A DNA stretch of 64,000 bases, taken from Octopus vulgaris (taxonomy: Eukaryota). The position numbers and the translations under genes are program-made. Below are positions 13,354 through 26,283 of the stretch, in pieces; position 1 is the first letter of the stretch; every line of letters begins with the position of its first letter. The notes beneath the pieces are model-generated. The model was not told the DNA's origin. It did not search any database and saw nothing but the letters and a program-made list of their open reading frames with translations. The stretch lies in contig OX597835.1 in NCBI GenBank assembly GCA_951406725.2, forward strand, positions 620,001 to 684,000. Direction: 5' to 3'.

Positions 13354-14243
13354 GTATGTAAATGGACTGGTGTTTGCCTGCACCAGAAAGACATGTATTT
13401 TTTGGTGAAAATAATAAAAAGATTAATGTGAACTTGCCATGGGGAGCTGCAAAACCAATATTTCAGGCAGAGTTCTTCCTCAGTAAAATACTGCCATGAA
13501 TGAAATTAAAGAGAGACAGCAGAGTTTTATGACGGACATGCACACAAGCTCATATGCTTAAAAGCCCCACTGAATGCAGTACCCCAACGTAATGTCGCCA
13601 CCAATTTCCTGTCCAACTACGCAGCCAAAGAAACTCTTTTCACGCATGTAACTGCTGTCACTAAGCAATACTATCAATTGTGACATCAAGTGACCCTTCT
13701 TGACTAATTGGAGCCCATCTACCGGTAATCATCTTGGACTTCCTGTACCACTCTGGCCATTTAGATTCTTACCAGCCTGAGGAGATAGGCTCGGCTAGGA
13801 GCTTTAAAACTTAAAGTAGTACTGAATCCGCATCAAACTGCTTTGAATAATACATGTGACCCCCAGTAAATGTTTTGTGTGCATTTCTTTCATTTGCCCC
13901 CTCATTCATATATGTGTGTGTGTGTGTATGAATGTATGCATGCATGTGTGTGTATATATATATAGATATATATGTATGCATGTATAAATATATGTAGATA
14001 TGTATGTATATGTGTATATATAGATAGATATATATAGATATGTATATATATATAGAATGTATATATATATAGAATGTATATATATAGATACATATATGTC
14101 TATATATAGATATATATATATTTATGTAGATATGTATGTATTTGTATGTATATGTATATATATATGTAGATATGTATGTATTTGTATGTATATGTATATA
14201 TATAGATATATATAGATATGTAGATATGTATATGTATGTATGT

Positions 14244-15083
14244 AGCCTCGCCTCGTTTTGCATATTCTGTATAATTCACTAGTTATCGTTATAGATATTT
14301 AGGTTCTATCTCCCTTACAGGGCTGATTAGAAATTGGCTGCCGGTTCTTCGCGGGGTTTCTCTCCCCCTCTTTTTACATTGTCTGTCTGGACTCCTCTTC
14401 CTACTCCTCGACATGGCCATGCATACTTAAGCTAGTAACCTGCCTCACTCTTGATTCCGAACTCCTTTTGCCAAGTCTGTCCGTAAACGAAGTGATCCCA
14501 AGATAAGAAATCTTTGAACTTTAATTCATCCGTATCTCTATTTATTATTATTATTTATTAATTATTATTATTCTGATCCCCCTAGTCGCCACTCTGTTTA
14601 CTATTTCAGCCTCGCCTCGTTTTTGCATATTCTGTATAATTCACTAGTTATCGTTATAGATATTTAGGTTTTATCTCCCTTACAGGGCTGATTAGAAATT
14701 GGCTGCCGGTTCTTCGCGGGGTTTCTCTCCCCCTCTTTTTACATTGTCTGTCTGGACTCCTCTTCCTACTCCTCGACATGGCCATGCATACTTAAGCTAG
14801 TAACCTGCCTCACTCTTGATTCCGAACTCCTTTTGCCAAGTCTGTCCGTAAACGAAGTGATCCCAAGATAAGAAATCTTTGAACTTTAATTCATCCGTAT
14901 CTCTATTTATTATTATTATTTATTAATTATTATTATTCTGATCCCCCTAGTCGCCACTCTGTTTACTATTTCAGCCTCGCCTCGTTTTTGCATATTCTGT
15001 ATAATTCACTAGTTATCGTTATAGATATTTAGGTTCTATCTCCCTTACAGGGCTGATTAGAAATTGGCTGCCGGTTCTTCGCG
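14244..15083. repeat. Tandem repeat, ~364 bp unit, about 2.3 copies
   Basis: agcctcgcctcgttttgcatattctg recurs at about 14244, 14608 and 14973 with near-identical intervening sequence. Confidence 0.95.
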
Positions 15084-15161
15084 GCGCGCCCGCCCTACCC
15101 ACCCCCACCACCAATACCGGATATCTCTATTTTGCTCCAACTATACCGGATGTCGTTTCTC

Positions 15162-15782
15162 CCACCATTATAGGTGTCTACTCTTTGAACCCCTCTCTTC
15201 AATACGCTATTTCACCATGCATTACCCCTCTCTCGATATCCTACGTTCTACTTGCCTAGAACCTGTCCTCTGAACCACCCCTCCCACTGGTGCTCCCCCA
15301 TATTTCTGCACCCCCCACCACCATTATAGGTGTCTACTCTTTGAACCCCCTCTTCAATACGCTATTTCACCATGCATTACCCCTCTCTCGATATCCTACG
15401 TTCTACTTGCCTAGAACCTGTCCTCTGAACCACCCCTCCCACTGGTGCTCCCCTATATTTCTGCACCCCCCACCACCATTATAGGTGTCTACTCTTTGAA
15501 CCCCCTCTTCAATACGCTATTTCACCATGCATTACCCCTCTCTCGATATCCTACGTTCTACTTGCCTAGAACCTGTCCTCTGAACCACCCCTCCCACTGG
15601 TGCTCCCCTATATTTCTGCACCCCCCACCACCATTATAGGTGTCTACTCTTTGAACCCCCTCTTCAATACGCTATTTCACCATGCATTACCCCTCTCTCG
15701 ATATCCTACGTTCTACTTGCCTATTACCTGTCCTCTGAACCACCCCTCCCACTGGTGCTCCCCTATATTTCTGCACCCCCCC
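15162..15782. repeat. Tandem repeat, 155 bp unit, about 4 copies
   Basis: ccaccattataggtgtctactctttgaacccc recurs with ~155 bp spacing, also visible in the repeated ORFs at 15290, 15445 and 15600. It abuts a family-B retroposon (~15783-16030). Confidence 0.95.
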
Positions 15783-16092
15783 AAAAAAAAAAGCACCATC
15801 CGAACGTGGCCGATGCCAGACCCCTCTGGCACCTGTGCAGGTGGCACGTAAAAAACACCCACTACACTCGCGGAGTGGTTGGCGTTAGGAAGGGCATCCA
15901 GCTGTAGAAACACTGCCAGACTAGACTGGAGCCTGGGGCAGTCCCGAGCTCTCCAGACCCCGGTCGAAACCGTCCAACCCGTGCTAGCGCGGAAAACGGA
16001 CGTTAAACGATGATGATGATGATGATGATGACAGCCACGCCTGCATACATATATGATTATATATTATATTACATACATTATAAACGTGTGTA

Positions 16093-16157
<65 letters not shown>

Positions 16158-16663
16158 GCGCATTAGAGTGCGTGTATAGAATAGAAGTGGGAGAAGAAAA
16201 TCTAGTAAATGAATTTGAAGAGAGAGAAAGAGGAGTGTAAAAGCATTAACATAACCAGAGAATAAAGAACGGCAATATAAGAACTTGATGCTCGAAGAAT
16301 ATAGCAACAGAGTACAGAAACACAGAACTTAGTAATTCTAAAAGTGGCGGTAAAAATACTAAAAAAAAAAAAAACTGGGAGAAGTTCCAGCACTTCGATG
16401 AAATTATTGACTCTTAGATTTCAAAACAATTAAATGAACAAATTGCTTCATTTAATTTTCGGAATTAATTTATTATACAACAAAATAATTTTTTATTTGT
16501 TGATATAATCGGGAGGTGGGTTTCAAATCGCCAAACTACAGAGTGTTGTGAGAAGCAGATCAGTTTCAGGAACGACCTCAGAAGTGAAAGACAATCAGAA
16601 ACCAGAATCGTCTTATGATATAGAACTTTCTTCTATTCTTTGTGGGGAAGTGAAATCAAAATA

Positions 16664-16741
16664 ATGCCAAAAAGCATTCGTATTACGAACAAACTAGTTC
16701 GGTGTTTTCTAGCCGAGTTTCTGGGTACTTTCATACTCTTG
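16664..16741 (+). CDS. Aquaglyceroporin alternative first coding exon 1A
   Basis: ATG...MPKSIRITNKLVRCFLAEFLGTFILL followed by gtaagt. Contains the MIP-family TM1 motif AEFLGTF. Phase 0. Confidence 0.85.
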
Positions 16742-17718
16742 GTAAGTAATTATTTTCTTCTTGTTTAGCCCCACCGATTCCTGATAGCGCAAACTTATGA
16801 TTAAAAGCGTTCCACTCCTGACTATTCAACAGTGAATCTAAGAGTATAATTATGTTATCCATTAAAATATATAAAAAAAAAGTGTGATACTGAGGAGATT
16901 TGGCTGCTAATTTTAGCCGTTTCAACGACCACACAGAGGATGGTTTTTGTGAGCTGGTAACTCGTTTGCGCGTGTGTGGGTGTATGTATGTGTGTATGTA
17001 TGTGTTTGTGAATGTGTGTGTGTGCATGTGTGCTTATGCCTGTGTGTGTAAAGGTTTCTTCCAACCAATATCCAATGCCAGGTACAGTTTTATAAAATTC
17101 AAGTTTAACTTTCTCAGAGTCGGAGACACTCAACGGTACAACAGAACAAAGTTTATCCGTGATTATTATTTGAATATAAATCTGTGGATCAGATTTTCGG
17201 ATCAACGATTCCCTCAAAAGTTCTCAGTTTCGACGGAGACTTTTCCAATTTATTTCTCATTACAGCCTCCAAAATAATAGGGACTCGGGGAGCATCTTTT
17301 TATGAAAACAAATTTCGGAAAATTTATGATTTTAACCAATTTTGTTTTGCCCTATTCACTTAAAAACAAAGGAAGATGCCTTTTCGGCAAAAACTATAGA
17401 TTTTCAGACGAAAACGTAATTTAAGGATGATTTGGCTGTTGTTTCTAACATACCTCATGACCACCTTCTTTCTTTCTTCCCCACTCACATGTTTTGATGG
17501 TTTTCAATATTTTTCTACATTTGAACATATTTAAGCTATTAAAAAAAAAATTGAAAATTTATGATTTTTTTCCCTCTACATTTTCTGTTTATAATTTTAT
17601 AAAATAGTGAAAAGTCTGAGAAAGTAATTGTTGAGATTTATCCAAGGATTTTGGAAAGTGGTGTGAAAAAAGTTAATTTATTTTAATAGCATACTTTTCT
17701 GTTAGCAAACATTTTCCT

Positions 17719-17941
17719 GCACACACACACACAACACACACAGAACACACGCAACACACACACACACAACATACACACAACACACACACACGCAACACAC
17801 ACAACACACACACACACAACACACACACAACACACACACAACATACACACACACACACACGCAACACACACACACGCAACACACACGCAACACACACACA
17901 GACACACGCAACACACATACACACAACACACACACACACGC
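17719..17941. repeat. Interrupted (CA)n-rich microsatellite tract
   Basis: Read directly from the sequence. Confidence 0.95.
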
Positions 17942-18357
17942 AGAGCCTCGCTTGTTCGGGGGTGGGGGTGGGGGGTGGAGCTATTAATTTAAATTGCAAT
18001 TTTGTTGTTGTTGCTTGTTTCCCAAGAAAATATTGAAAACCATCAATAGAGGTGAGAGTGACAAAGAAAGGAGTAAGGGCGTCGAGGGATGTGCTTGAAA
18101 CAACAGCCAAATTCCTTTAAATCCCCTGAAAATAATATTTACAAAAAATTTTTTTTTTATCAAAATGGTTTCGGTAATCCTTCGGTATTGGTTTCAGAAC
18201 TGTTAAATGTTTACAGCTGTTCGTTCGTTAGTTTCCGTAGAAAATTATTATTATTATTTTTTTTTACTTTTGGTTTCATGAGGCATCGAAGACAATATTT
18301 GCTTTGAAGTTGGAAAGTGAAAGAGGAGGAAAGAGACGGGTGCGTGTATGTACGGGT

Positions 18358-21300
18358 ACACACGTACGTACACCCATTATCTTTCTTAGACACACGTACG
18401 TACACCCATCTTTCTTAGACACACGTACGTACACCCATTATCTTTCTTAGACACACGTACGTACACCCATCTTTCTTAGACACACGTACGTACACCCATT
18501 ATCTTTCATAGACACACGTACGTACACCCATCTTTCATAGACACACGTACGTACACCCATTATCTTTCATAGACACACGTACGTACACCCATCTTTCTTA
18601 GACACACGTACGTACACCCATTATCTTTCTTAGACACACGTACGTACACCCATCTTTCTTATAGACACACGTACGTACACCCATTATCTTTCTTAGACAC
18701 ACGTACGTACACCCATCTTTCTTAGACACACGTACGTACACCCATTATCTTTCATAGACACACGTACGTACACCCATCTTTCTTAGACACACGTACGTAC
18801 ACCCATTATCTTTCATAGACACACGTACGTACACCCATTATCTTTCTTAGACACACGTACGTACACCCATTATCTTTCATAGACACACGTACGTACACCC
18901 ATCTTTCTTAGACACACGTACGTACACCCATTATCTTTCTTAGACACACGTACGTACACCCATCTTTCATAGACACACGTACGTACACCCATTATCTTTC
19001 TTAGACACACGTACGTACACCCATCTTTCTTAGACACACGTACGTACACCCATTATCTTTCTTAGACACACGTACGTACACCCATTATCTTTCTTAGACA
19101 CACGTACGTACACCCATTATCTTTCTTAGACACACGTACGTACACCCATCTTTCATAGACACACGTACGTACACCCATTATCTTTCATAGACACACGTAC
19201 GTACACCCATCTTTCATAGACACACGTACGTACACCCATTATCTTTCATAGACACACGTACGTACACCCATCTTTCTTAAACACACGTACGTACACCCAT
19301 TATCTTTCTTAGACACACGTACGTACACCCATCTTTCTTAGACACACGTACGTACACCCATTATCTTTCATAGACACACGTACGTACACCCATCTTTCTT
19401 AGACACACGTACGTACACCCATTATCTTTCATAGACATACGTACGTACACCCATCTTTCATAGACACACGTACGTACACCCATTATCTTTCATAGACACA
19501 CGTACGTACACCAATCTATCTTAGACACACGTACGTACACCCATTATCTTTCATAGACATACGTACGTACACCCATCTTTCATAGACACACGTACGTACA
19601 CCCATTATCTTTCATAGACACACGTACGTACACCCATCTTTCTTAGACACACGTACGTACACCCATTATCTTTCATAGACACACGTACGTACACCCATCT
19701 TTCTTAGACACACGTACGTACACCCATTATCTTTCTTAAACACACGTACGTACACCCATCTTTCATAGACACACGTACGTACACCCATTATCTTTCTTCG
19801 TAACACCGTAGTACACCCATCTTTCTTAGACACACGTACGTACACCCATTATCTTTCTTAGACATACGTACGTACACCCATTATCTTTCATAGACACACG
19901 TACGTACACCCATCTTTCATAGACACACGTACGTACACCCATTATCTTTCTTAGACACACGTACGTACACCCATTATCTTTCTTAGACACACGTACGTAC
20001 ACCCATTATCTTTCTTAGACACACGTACGTACACCCATTATCTTTCTTAGACACACGTACGTACACCCATTATCTTTCATAGACACACGTACGTACACCC
20101 ATCTTTCATAGACACACGTACGTACACCCATTATCTTTCATAGATACACGTACGTACACCCATCTTTCATAGACACACGTACGTACACCCATTATCTTTC
20201 ATAGACACACGTACGTACACCCATTATCTTTCATAGACACACGTACGTACACCCATTATCTTTCTTAGACACGTACGTACACCCATCTTTCTTAGACACA
20301 CGTACGTACACCCATTATCTTTCTTAGACACACGTACGTACACCCATCTTTCTTAGACACACGTACGTACACCCATTATCTTTCTTAGACACACGTACGT
20401 ACACCCATTATCTTTCATAGACACACGTACGTACACCCATCTTTCTTAGACACACGTACGTCCACCCATTATCTTTCTTAGACACACGTACGTACACCCA
20501 TCTATCTTAGACACACGTACGTACACCCATTATCTTTCATAGACACACGTACGTACACCCATCTTTCTTAGACACACGTACGTACACCCATTTTCTTTCT
20601 TAGACACACGTACGTACACCCATCTTTCATAGACACACGTACGTACACCCATTATCTTTCTTAGACACACGTACGTACACCCATTATCTTTCATAGACAT
20701 ACGTACGTACACCCATCTTTCATAGACACACGTACGTACATCCATTATCTTTCATAGACACACGTACGTACACCCATCTTTCTTAGACACACGTACGTAC
20801 GCCCATTATCTTTCTTAGACACACGTACGTACACCCATCTTTCTTAGACACACGTACGTACACCCATTATCTTTCATAGACACACGTACGTACACCCATT
20901 ATCTTTCATAGACACACGTACGTACACCCATTATCTTTCATAGACACACGTACGTACACCCATTATCTTTCATAGACACACGTACGTACACCCATTATCT
21001 TTCATAGACACACGTACGTACACCCATTATCTTTCATAGACACACGTACGTACACCCATTATCTTTCATAGACACACGTACGTACACCCATCTTTCTTAG
21101 ACACACGTACGTACACCCATTATCTTTCTTAGACACACGTACGTACACCCATTATCTTTCTTAGACACACGTACGTACACCCATTATCTTTCTTAGACAC
21201 ACGTACGTACACCCATCTTTCTTAGACACACGTACGTACACCCATTATCTTTCATAGACACACGTACGTACACCCATCTTTCATAGACACACGTACGTAC

Positions 21301-22765
21301 ACCCATTATCTTTCATAGACACACGTACGTACACCCATCTTTCATAGACACACGTACGTACACCCATTATCTTTCATAGACACACGTACGTACACCCATT
21401 ATCTTTCTTAGACACACGTACGTACACCCATTATCTTTCTTAGACACACGTACGTACACCTATTATCTTTCATAGACACACGTACGTACACCCATCTTTC
21501 ATAGACACACGTACGTACACCCATTATCTTTCATAGACACACGTACGTACACCCATTTATCTTTCTTAGACACACGTACGTACACCCATTATCTTTTTTA
21601 GACACACGTACGTACACCCATTATCTTTCATAGACACACGTACGTACACCCATCTTTCATAGACACACGTACGTACACCCATTATCTTTCATAGACACAC
21701 GTACGTACACCCATTATCTTTCTTAGACACACGTACGTACACCCATTATCTTTCTTAGACACACGTACGTACACCCATTATCTTTCTTAGACACACGTAC
21801 GTACACCCATCTTTCATAGACACACGTACGTACACCCATTATCTTTCATAGACACACGTACGTACACCCATCTTTCATAGACACACGTACGTACACCCAT
21901 TATCTTTCATAGACACACGTACGTACACCCATTATCTTTCTTAGACACACGTACGTACACCCATTATCTTTCTTAGACACACGTACGTACACCCATTATC
22001 TTTCATAGACACACGTACGTACACCCATCTTTCATAGACACACGTACGTACACCCATTATCTTTCATTGACACACGTACGTATACCCATTATCTTTCATA
22101 GACACACGTACGTACACCCATTATCTTTCTTAGACACACGTACGTACACCCATTATCTTTCATAGACACACGTACGTACACCCATTATCTTTCATAGACA
22201 CACGTACGTACACCCATCTTTCATAGACACACGTACGTACACCCATTATCTTTCATAAACACACGTACGTACACCCATTATCTTTCTTAGACACACGTAC
22301 GTACACCCATTATCTTTCTTAGACACACGTACGTACACCCATTATCTTTCTTAGACACACGTACGTACACCCATCTTTCATAGACACACGTACGTACACC
22401 CATTATCTTTCATAGACACACGTACGTACACCCATTATCTTTCTTAGACACACGTACGTACACCCATTATCTTTCATAGACACACGTACGTACACCCATC
22501 TTTCATAGACACACGTACGTACACCCATTATCTTTCATAGACACACGTACGTACACCCATTATCTTTCTTAGACACACGTACGTACACCCATTATCTTTC
22601 TTAGACACACGTACGTACACCCATTATCTTTCGTAGACACACGTACGTACACCCATCTTTCATAGACACACGTACGTACACCCATTATCTTTCATAGACA
22701 CACGTACATACACCCATTATCTTTCATAGACACACGTACGTACACCCATTATCTTTCTTAGACAC
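18358..22765. repeat. 4.4 kb minisatellite array of 29/32 bp units (agacacacgtacgtacaccca[tta]tctttc[a/t]t), roughly 140 copies
   Basis: Read directly. Two recurrent variant sites: presence or absence of TTA, and ctttcAt versus ctttcTt. Confidence 0.98.
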
Positions 22766-23153
22766 GAACATGCATGTGCGTGCGAGCGCATGTCTCTTTC
22801 CCCTTTAACTTTCCAACTTCAAAGCAAATGTTACCAAAAGTAAATAAATAAAAAATTTTCAAGGAATTTAACGAACGAAGCTGACAGTTCTGAGACCAAT
22901 ATCAAGTGATTGTTAAGGTTCCCCACCATGGTTTTTAAGTGCACTGTGCCATTAAAACTGGATGAAATCGGTCCCGAGTGAGGTAGGGAGAGGTGATGGG
23001 GTGAAATAAATCACAAATCTTCCAAAATTTTTTCATAAAAAGATGTCCTCCCCCCCCACTATCATTTTCATGGTGAAAAAAATCACAAGTCCCTTCTAGG
23101 AGATGGCCCTGCTCGATATGTAAGAAGGGTGTTGATAGAAATTCCATAGAAAT

Positions 23154-23184
23154 CCTACATTTCGGATTCAATCCTTCATCAGGG
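23154..23184 (-). ncRNA. Minimal hammerhead ribozyme motif (Penelope-type, probably decayed)
   Basis: Minus strand reads cc-CTGATGA-a-GGAT-tga-ATCC-GAAA-tGTA-gg. It lies next to a Penelope RT fragment. Confidence 0.6.
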
Positions 23185-23360
23185 GGCAGAGAAAAAAGTC
23201 AAACAAAGTTTACATCCTCTCAGCTTGAAAAACAGGCTGCAGCTGAATAATGGATGCAGAATAACATGAACCGCTAACGGGAAACAGAAAGGAGAAGGAA
23301 AAAGATGATGGAGAGAGTAAATACCACCTCCCCTGCTCTTCCTCTCTTCTCAAACACATT

Positions 23361-23595
23361 AAATCTGCAATACCTTTCTCTTAATTTCTTCGCTTTCAAC
23401 GACTTTGCAGCATTGGTTCGGATTTTGAATCCCATTGCAAAACGATGTGACAGTTTTTTTCTAAATCACTTGTCGACCTGGCACTCCACCGAGCGCAAGC
23501 CATCAACCGCACTGCAGCTCTCCTACCATCTTCACGCACTTCCACCGACTGTATTCCACTCTCTCTCATCTACCACCCGTACATTCTCCCTCCAG
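23361..23595 (+). mobile_element. Penelope-like element RT/linker fragment
   Basis: Translates as KSAIPFS*FLRFQRLCS...ALHRAQAINRTAALLPSSRTSTDCIPLSLIYHP, resembling the PLE consensus 'IPFSQFLRLRRICS...RIPLVLTYHP'. Confidence 0.75.
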
Positions 23596-23656
23596 CATGG
23601 CCACAGTCACACGACCAAAACAAATAAAACAATTAAAAAAACTATGCCATTTTAAT

Positions 23657-23685
23657 CCCAAGCAATACCAGGTATCTCTGCTAGT
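23657..23685 (+). mobile_element. Possible Helitron 3' terminus
   Basis: Degenerate hairpin cccaagcaataccagg followed 8 nt later by CTAG|T. Confidence 0.45.
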
Positions 23686-24908
23686 ATATATTTATTTGTC
23701 TCCCACTACACCACCACTACTTGACAACTGGCATTGGTTTGTTTACATCCCTGTAACTTAGCAGTTTGGGAAAAGATTGATAGAATAAGTACCAGTCTTA
23801 AAAATAAGTACTGGGATCAATTTGTTGGACTAAACACTTCAAGTGGTGCTCCAGCATAGCCATAGTCTAATGACTGGAATAAGTAAAAAGTTAACGATAT
23901 AGCTTCAATATCCTCCTTGAATCTTTCCTGCACAGGTTTTGAGAACCACTGAAGGCCTTAATAAACAACTGATTGTAATTTAGGTGCAAAGCCAGCATTT
24001 TAGAGGAAAGGGGTTAGAAGCCTGCATTTTATTTGATTGACCCCAAAAGAACAAGAGGTAAAGTTGACCTTGATGGTACTTGAACACAGAACATAAAGGG
24101 TTGTAAGAAATATTGGTTTCAAATTTCAGCACAATGCCAGCAAGTTTGGGTTAGCAGGTAAGTCAATTACAGTTCTCAACTGGTGTTTGTTTTATGACCA
24201 AGAAAGGATGTAAGAATGAAAGGTGAACTCAACCATGGCGAAAGTTGAACTCAGAACGTAAAGATGAATGAAACACCGCTGAGCCTTTTGCCTGGTGCAG
24301 TATCGATTCTGCCAGCTCGCCACCCTTCGGCTGGAAGAAATATTGCAAGGCCAATCCACTGGCCTTTAAGTTTAATGAACAACACACACACACACACACA
24401 GATTCTTATACATTTACATATGTTGTGTGTGCGTACGTTTACTGCCCAGTGTTCAAATTTGAGGTGAAAAATGAGATAAAAGGAGAGTGGGGAGTTAAAT
24501 AATAGACACAAACAACTGAAATGCTAATATGAGTAGTGGTGGGAGGTTGAATTTGAAAGGAAACAGAAGACTATGAGAAATGACAACTGGCAAAGAGAGG
24601 CCTGAAGAGAAGAATGCACAAAGATAATAGGTTAAGATCAAAGTACAAGTGTTGACGAGGGGAAGGAAGGGAGGGAGAGGGAAAAGGAAGAGTGTGAGAG
24701 AAGAGAGAAGGAAGAGGGGAAAGCAAAAGAAGAGAAAAACTACAAGTGGGAGAAGAAAAACAACCGAAAGGCATTCAAAGTGACATAGATCAGCCCTTAT
24801 TTTAAGCTTGAATGAACAAAATTTAATGGTGACATAAAACAACGACCAGAATCATTTGAAGTTTATTTTACTTAATTTATATTCATCCCGTGTTTGTTTG
24901 TTGAAACT

Positions 24909-24986
24909 ATGCTGAAATTTAAGCCTATTAGAAACAAACTAGCTCGATGTTTTCTTGCGGAGTTTCTGGGTACTTTCATACTCTTG
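24909..24986 (+). CDS. Aquaglyceroporin alternative first coding exon 1B
   Basis: ATG...MLKFKPIRNKLARCFLAEFLGTFILL followed by gtaagt. Same length (78 nt) and phase as exon 1A. Confidence 0.88.
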
Positions 24987-26283
24987 GTAAGTAATCAATT
25001 AAATTGCTATTAGATTGTTTCAAACCCCAGATCATCCTTTCCCCTTGATAAGTATATGCAAGGCTATATCATATTCAATGTAATATGAAGGAGTTTTAAC
25101 TGCTATTTCTATTTTTTTTGTCTTGCAAGTTCTTAGAGATGCTGTCAGTGCAGGTGCCACTTAAAAACACCCAGTCCATGCTGTAAAGTGGCTGGCATTT
25201 GGAAGGACATCCAGCTGTAAAAAACTTGCCAAAACTGACCTCACCTGTGCTTGTGCCATGTAAAAAGCACTAAGTCCACTCTGTAGGGTGGTTGGTGTTA
25301 GGAAGGGCATCCAACTGTAAAAAGTTCTGCCAAAACAGTTACAGAAGTCTGGCACATATTTCTACCTGGCTGGCTCCTGTGAAACTGTCCCACCCATGCC
25401 AGCATGGAAGGCATACGTTAAATGATGATGATGAAGATGATGAAAGAACTGTCGGGAGTCGACAGTGTTGATTGTGCACATTAGATTACTGTGTCAGTTT
25501 CATATCGTACCTACGTTTGGCATAGTATAGAGCATGTTCTGCATGAACATATTAATTCTGCGAAAGGTTATTCTAGATAACCATATCCAAATATTTGGGT
25601 GATACTATTCTACATCCTTGTGCACACCCCGATGTCGTTATAACATTGTTGGCAACAAGATATTCGAACCCCCATAGAATTCCTCTCAACACATGGCTTA
25701 TGATGCTCCCCCACTACATCTGCTCGTGATCAGAGATGTATATATCACCAACCACTAAGGGACATGCTCAACTAGTTAAGGTCAAACAACCGACAAGCAA
25801 ATCCGTGGTATTGAGCAGAATATTTACGGTAACCCATCCTTTTATAACAAGACAAAACATGTACATGATAACATTTCCAATCGGTTAAGATCAGAAACCA
25901 TGAGAACCACTGCCTGGTATTACATCGGGGCGGTGGCGTCGTCATCATCATCATCATCATTATCATCAACACCACCACCACCATCATCATCATCATCATT
26001 ACTATCACTACTATTATTATTATTATAATTATTATTATTATTATTATTATTATTATTGTGGTAAGCTGACAGAATTGTTAGTGGAATGGACAAAATGTTG
26101 AACAGCTTTTCTTTTGGTTTTACGTCCTGCGTTCAAATGCCGCTTAGTTTTTCATCCTTTTGGGGTTGATTAAATAAGTACAAGGTGAACACTGGGGTCA
26201 ATGTAATTGGTTTTCCCCTCCCCTCAAAAACTGCCGGCCCTGTGCCAAAATTTGAAATGACTATTATTACTATTAATTTTCAG

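Noticed and set aside
13811-14263. 150 aa ORF and similar Y/I/H/T/C/V-rich ORFs (17673, 38405, 44099, 49018)
   Set aside because: Translations of TA/CA microsatellites.
14244-15782. Retrozyme (hammerhead-bearing tandem repeat)
   Set aside because: No CTGANGA...GAAA core found on either strand.
17160-17285. Extension of the outer stem to pair with 23050-23180
   Set aside because: Matches are only patchy, and 23154-23184 is better explained as a Penelope hammerhead.
19797-19812. Aberrant satellite unit resembling a spacer
   Set aside because: A scrambled version of the normal unit, probably a local mutation or consensus error.
18358-22765. CRISPR-like array (~30 bp repeats with a palindromic core)
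   Set aside because: Units are contiguous with no unique spacers, there are no cas genes, and the context is eukaryotic. It is a minisatellite.
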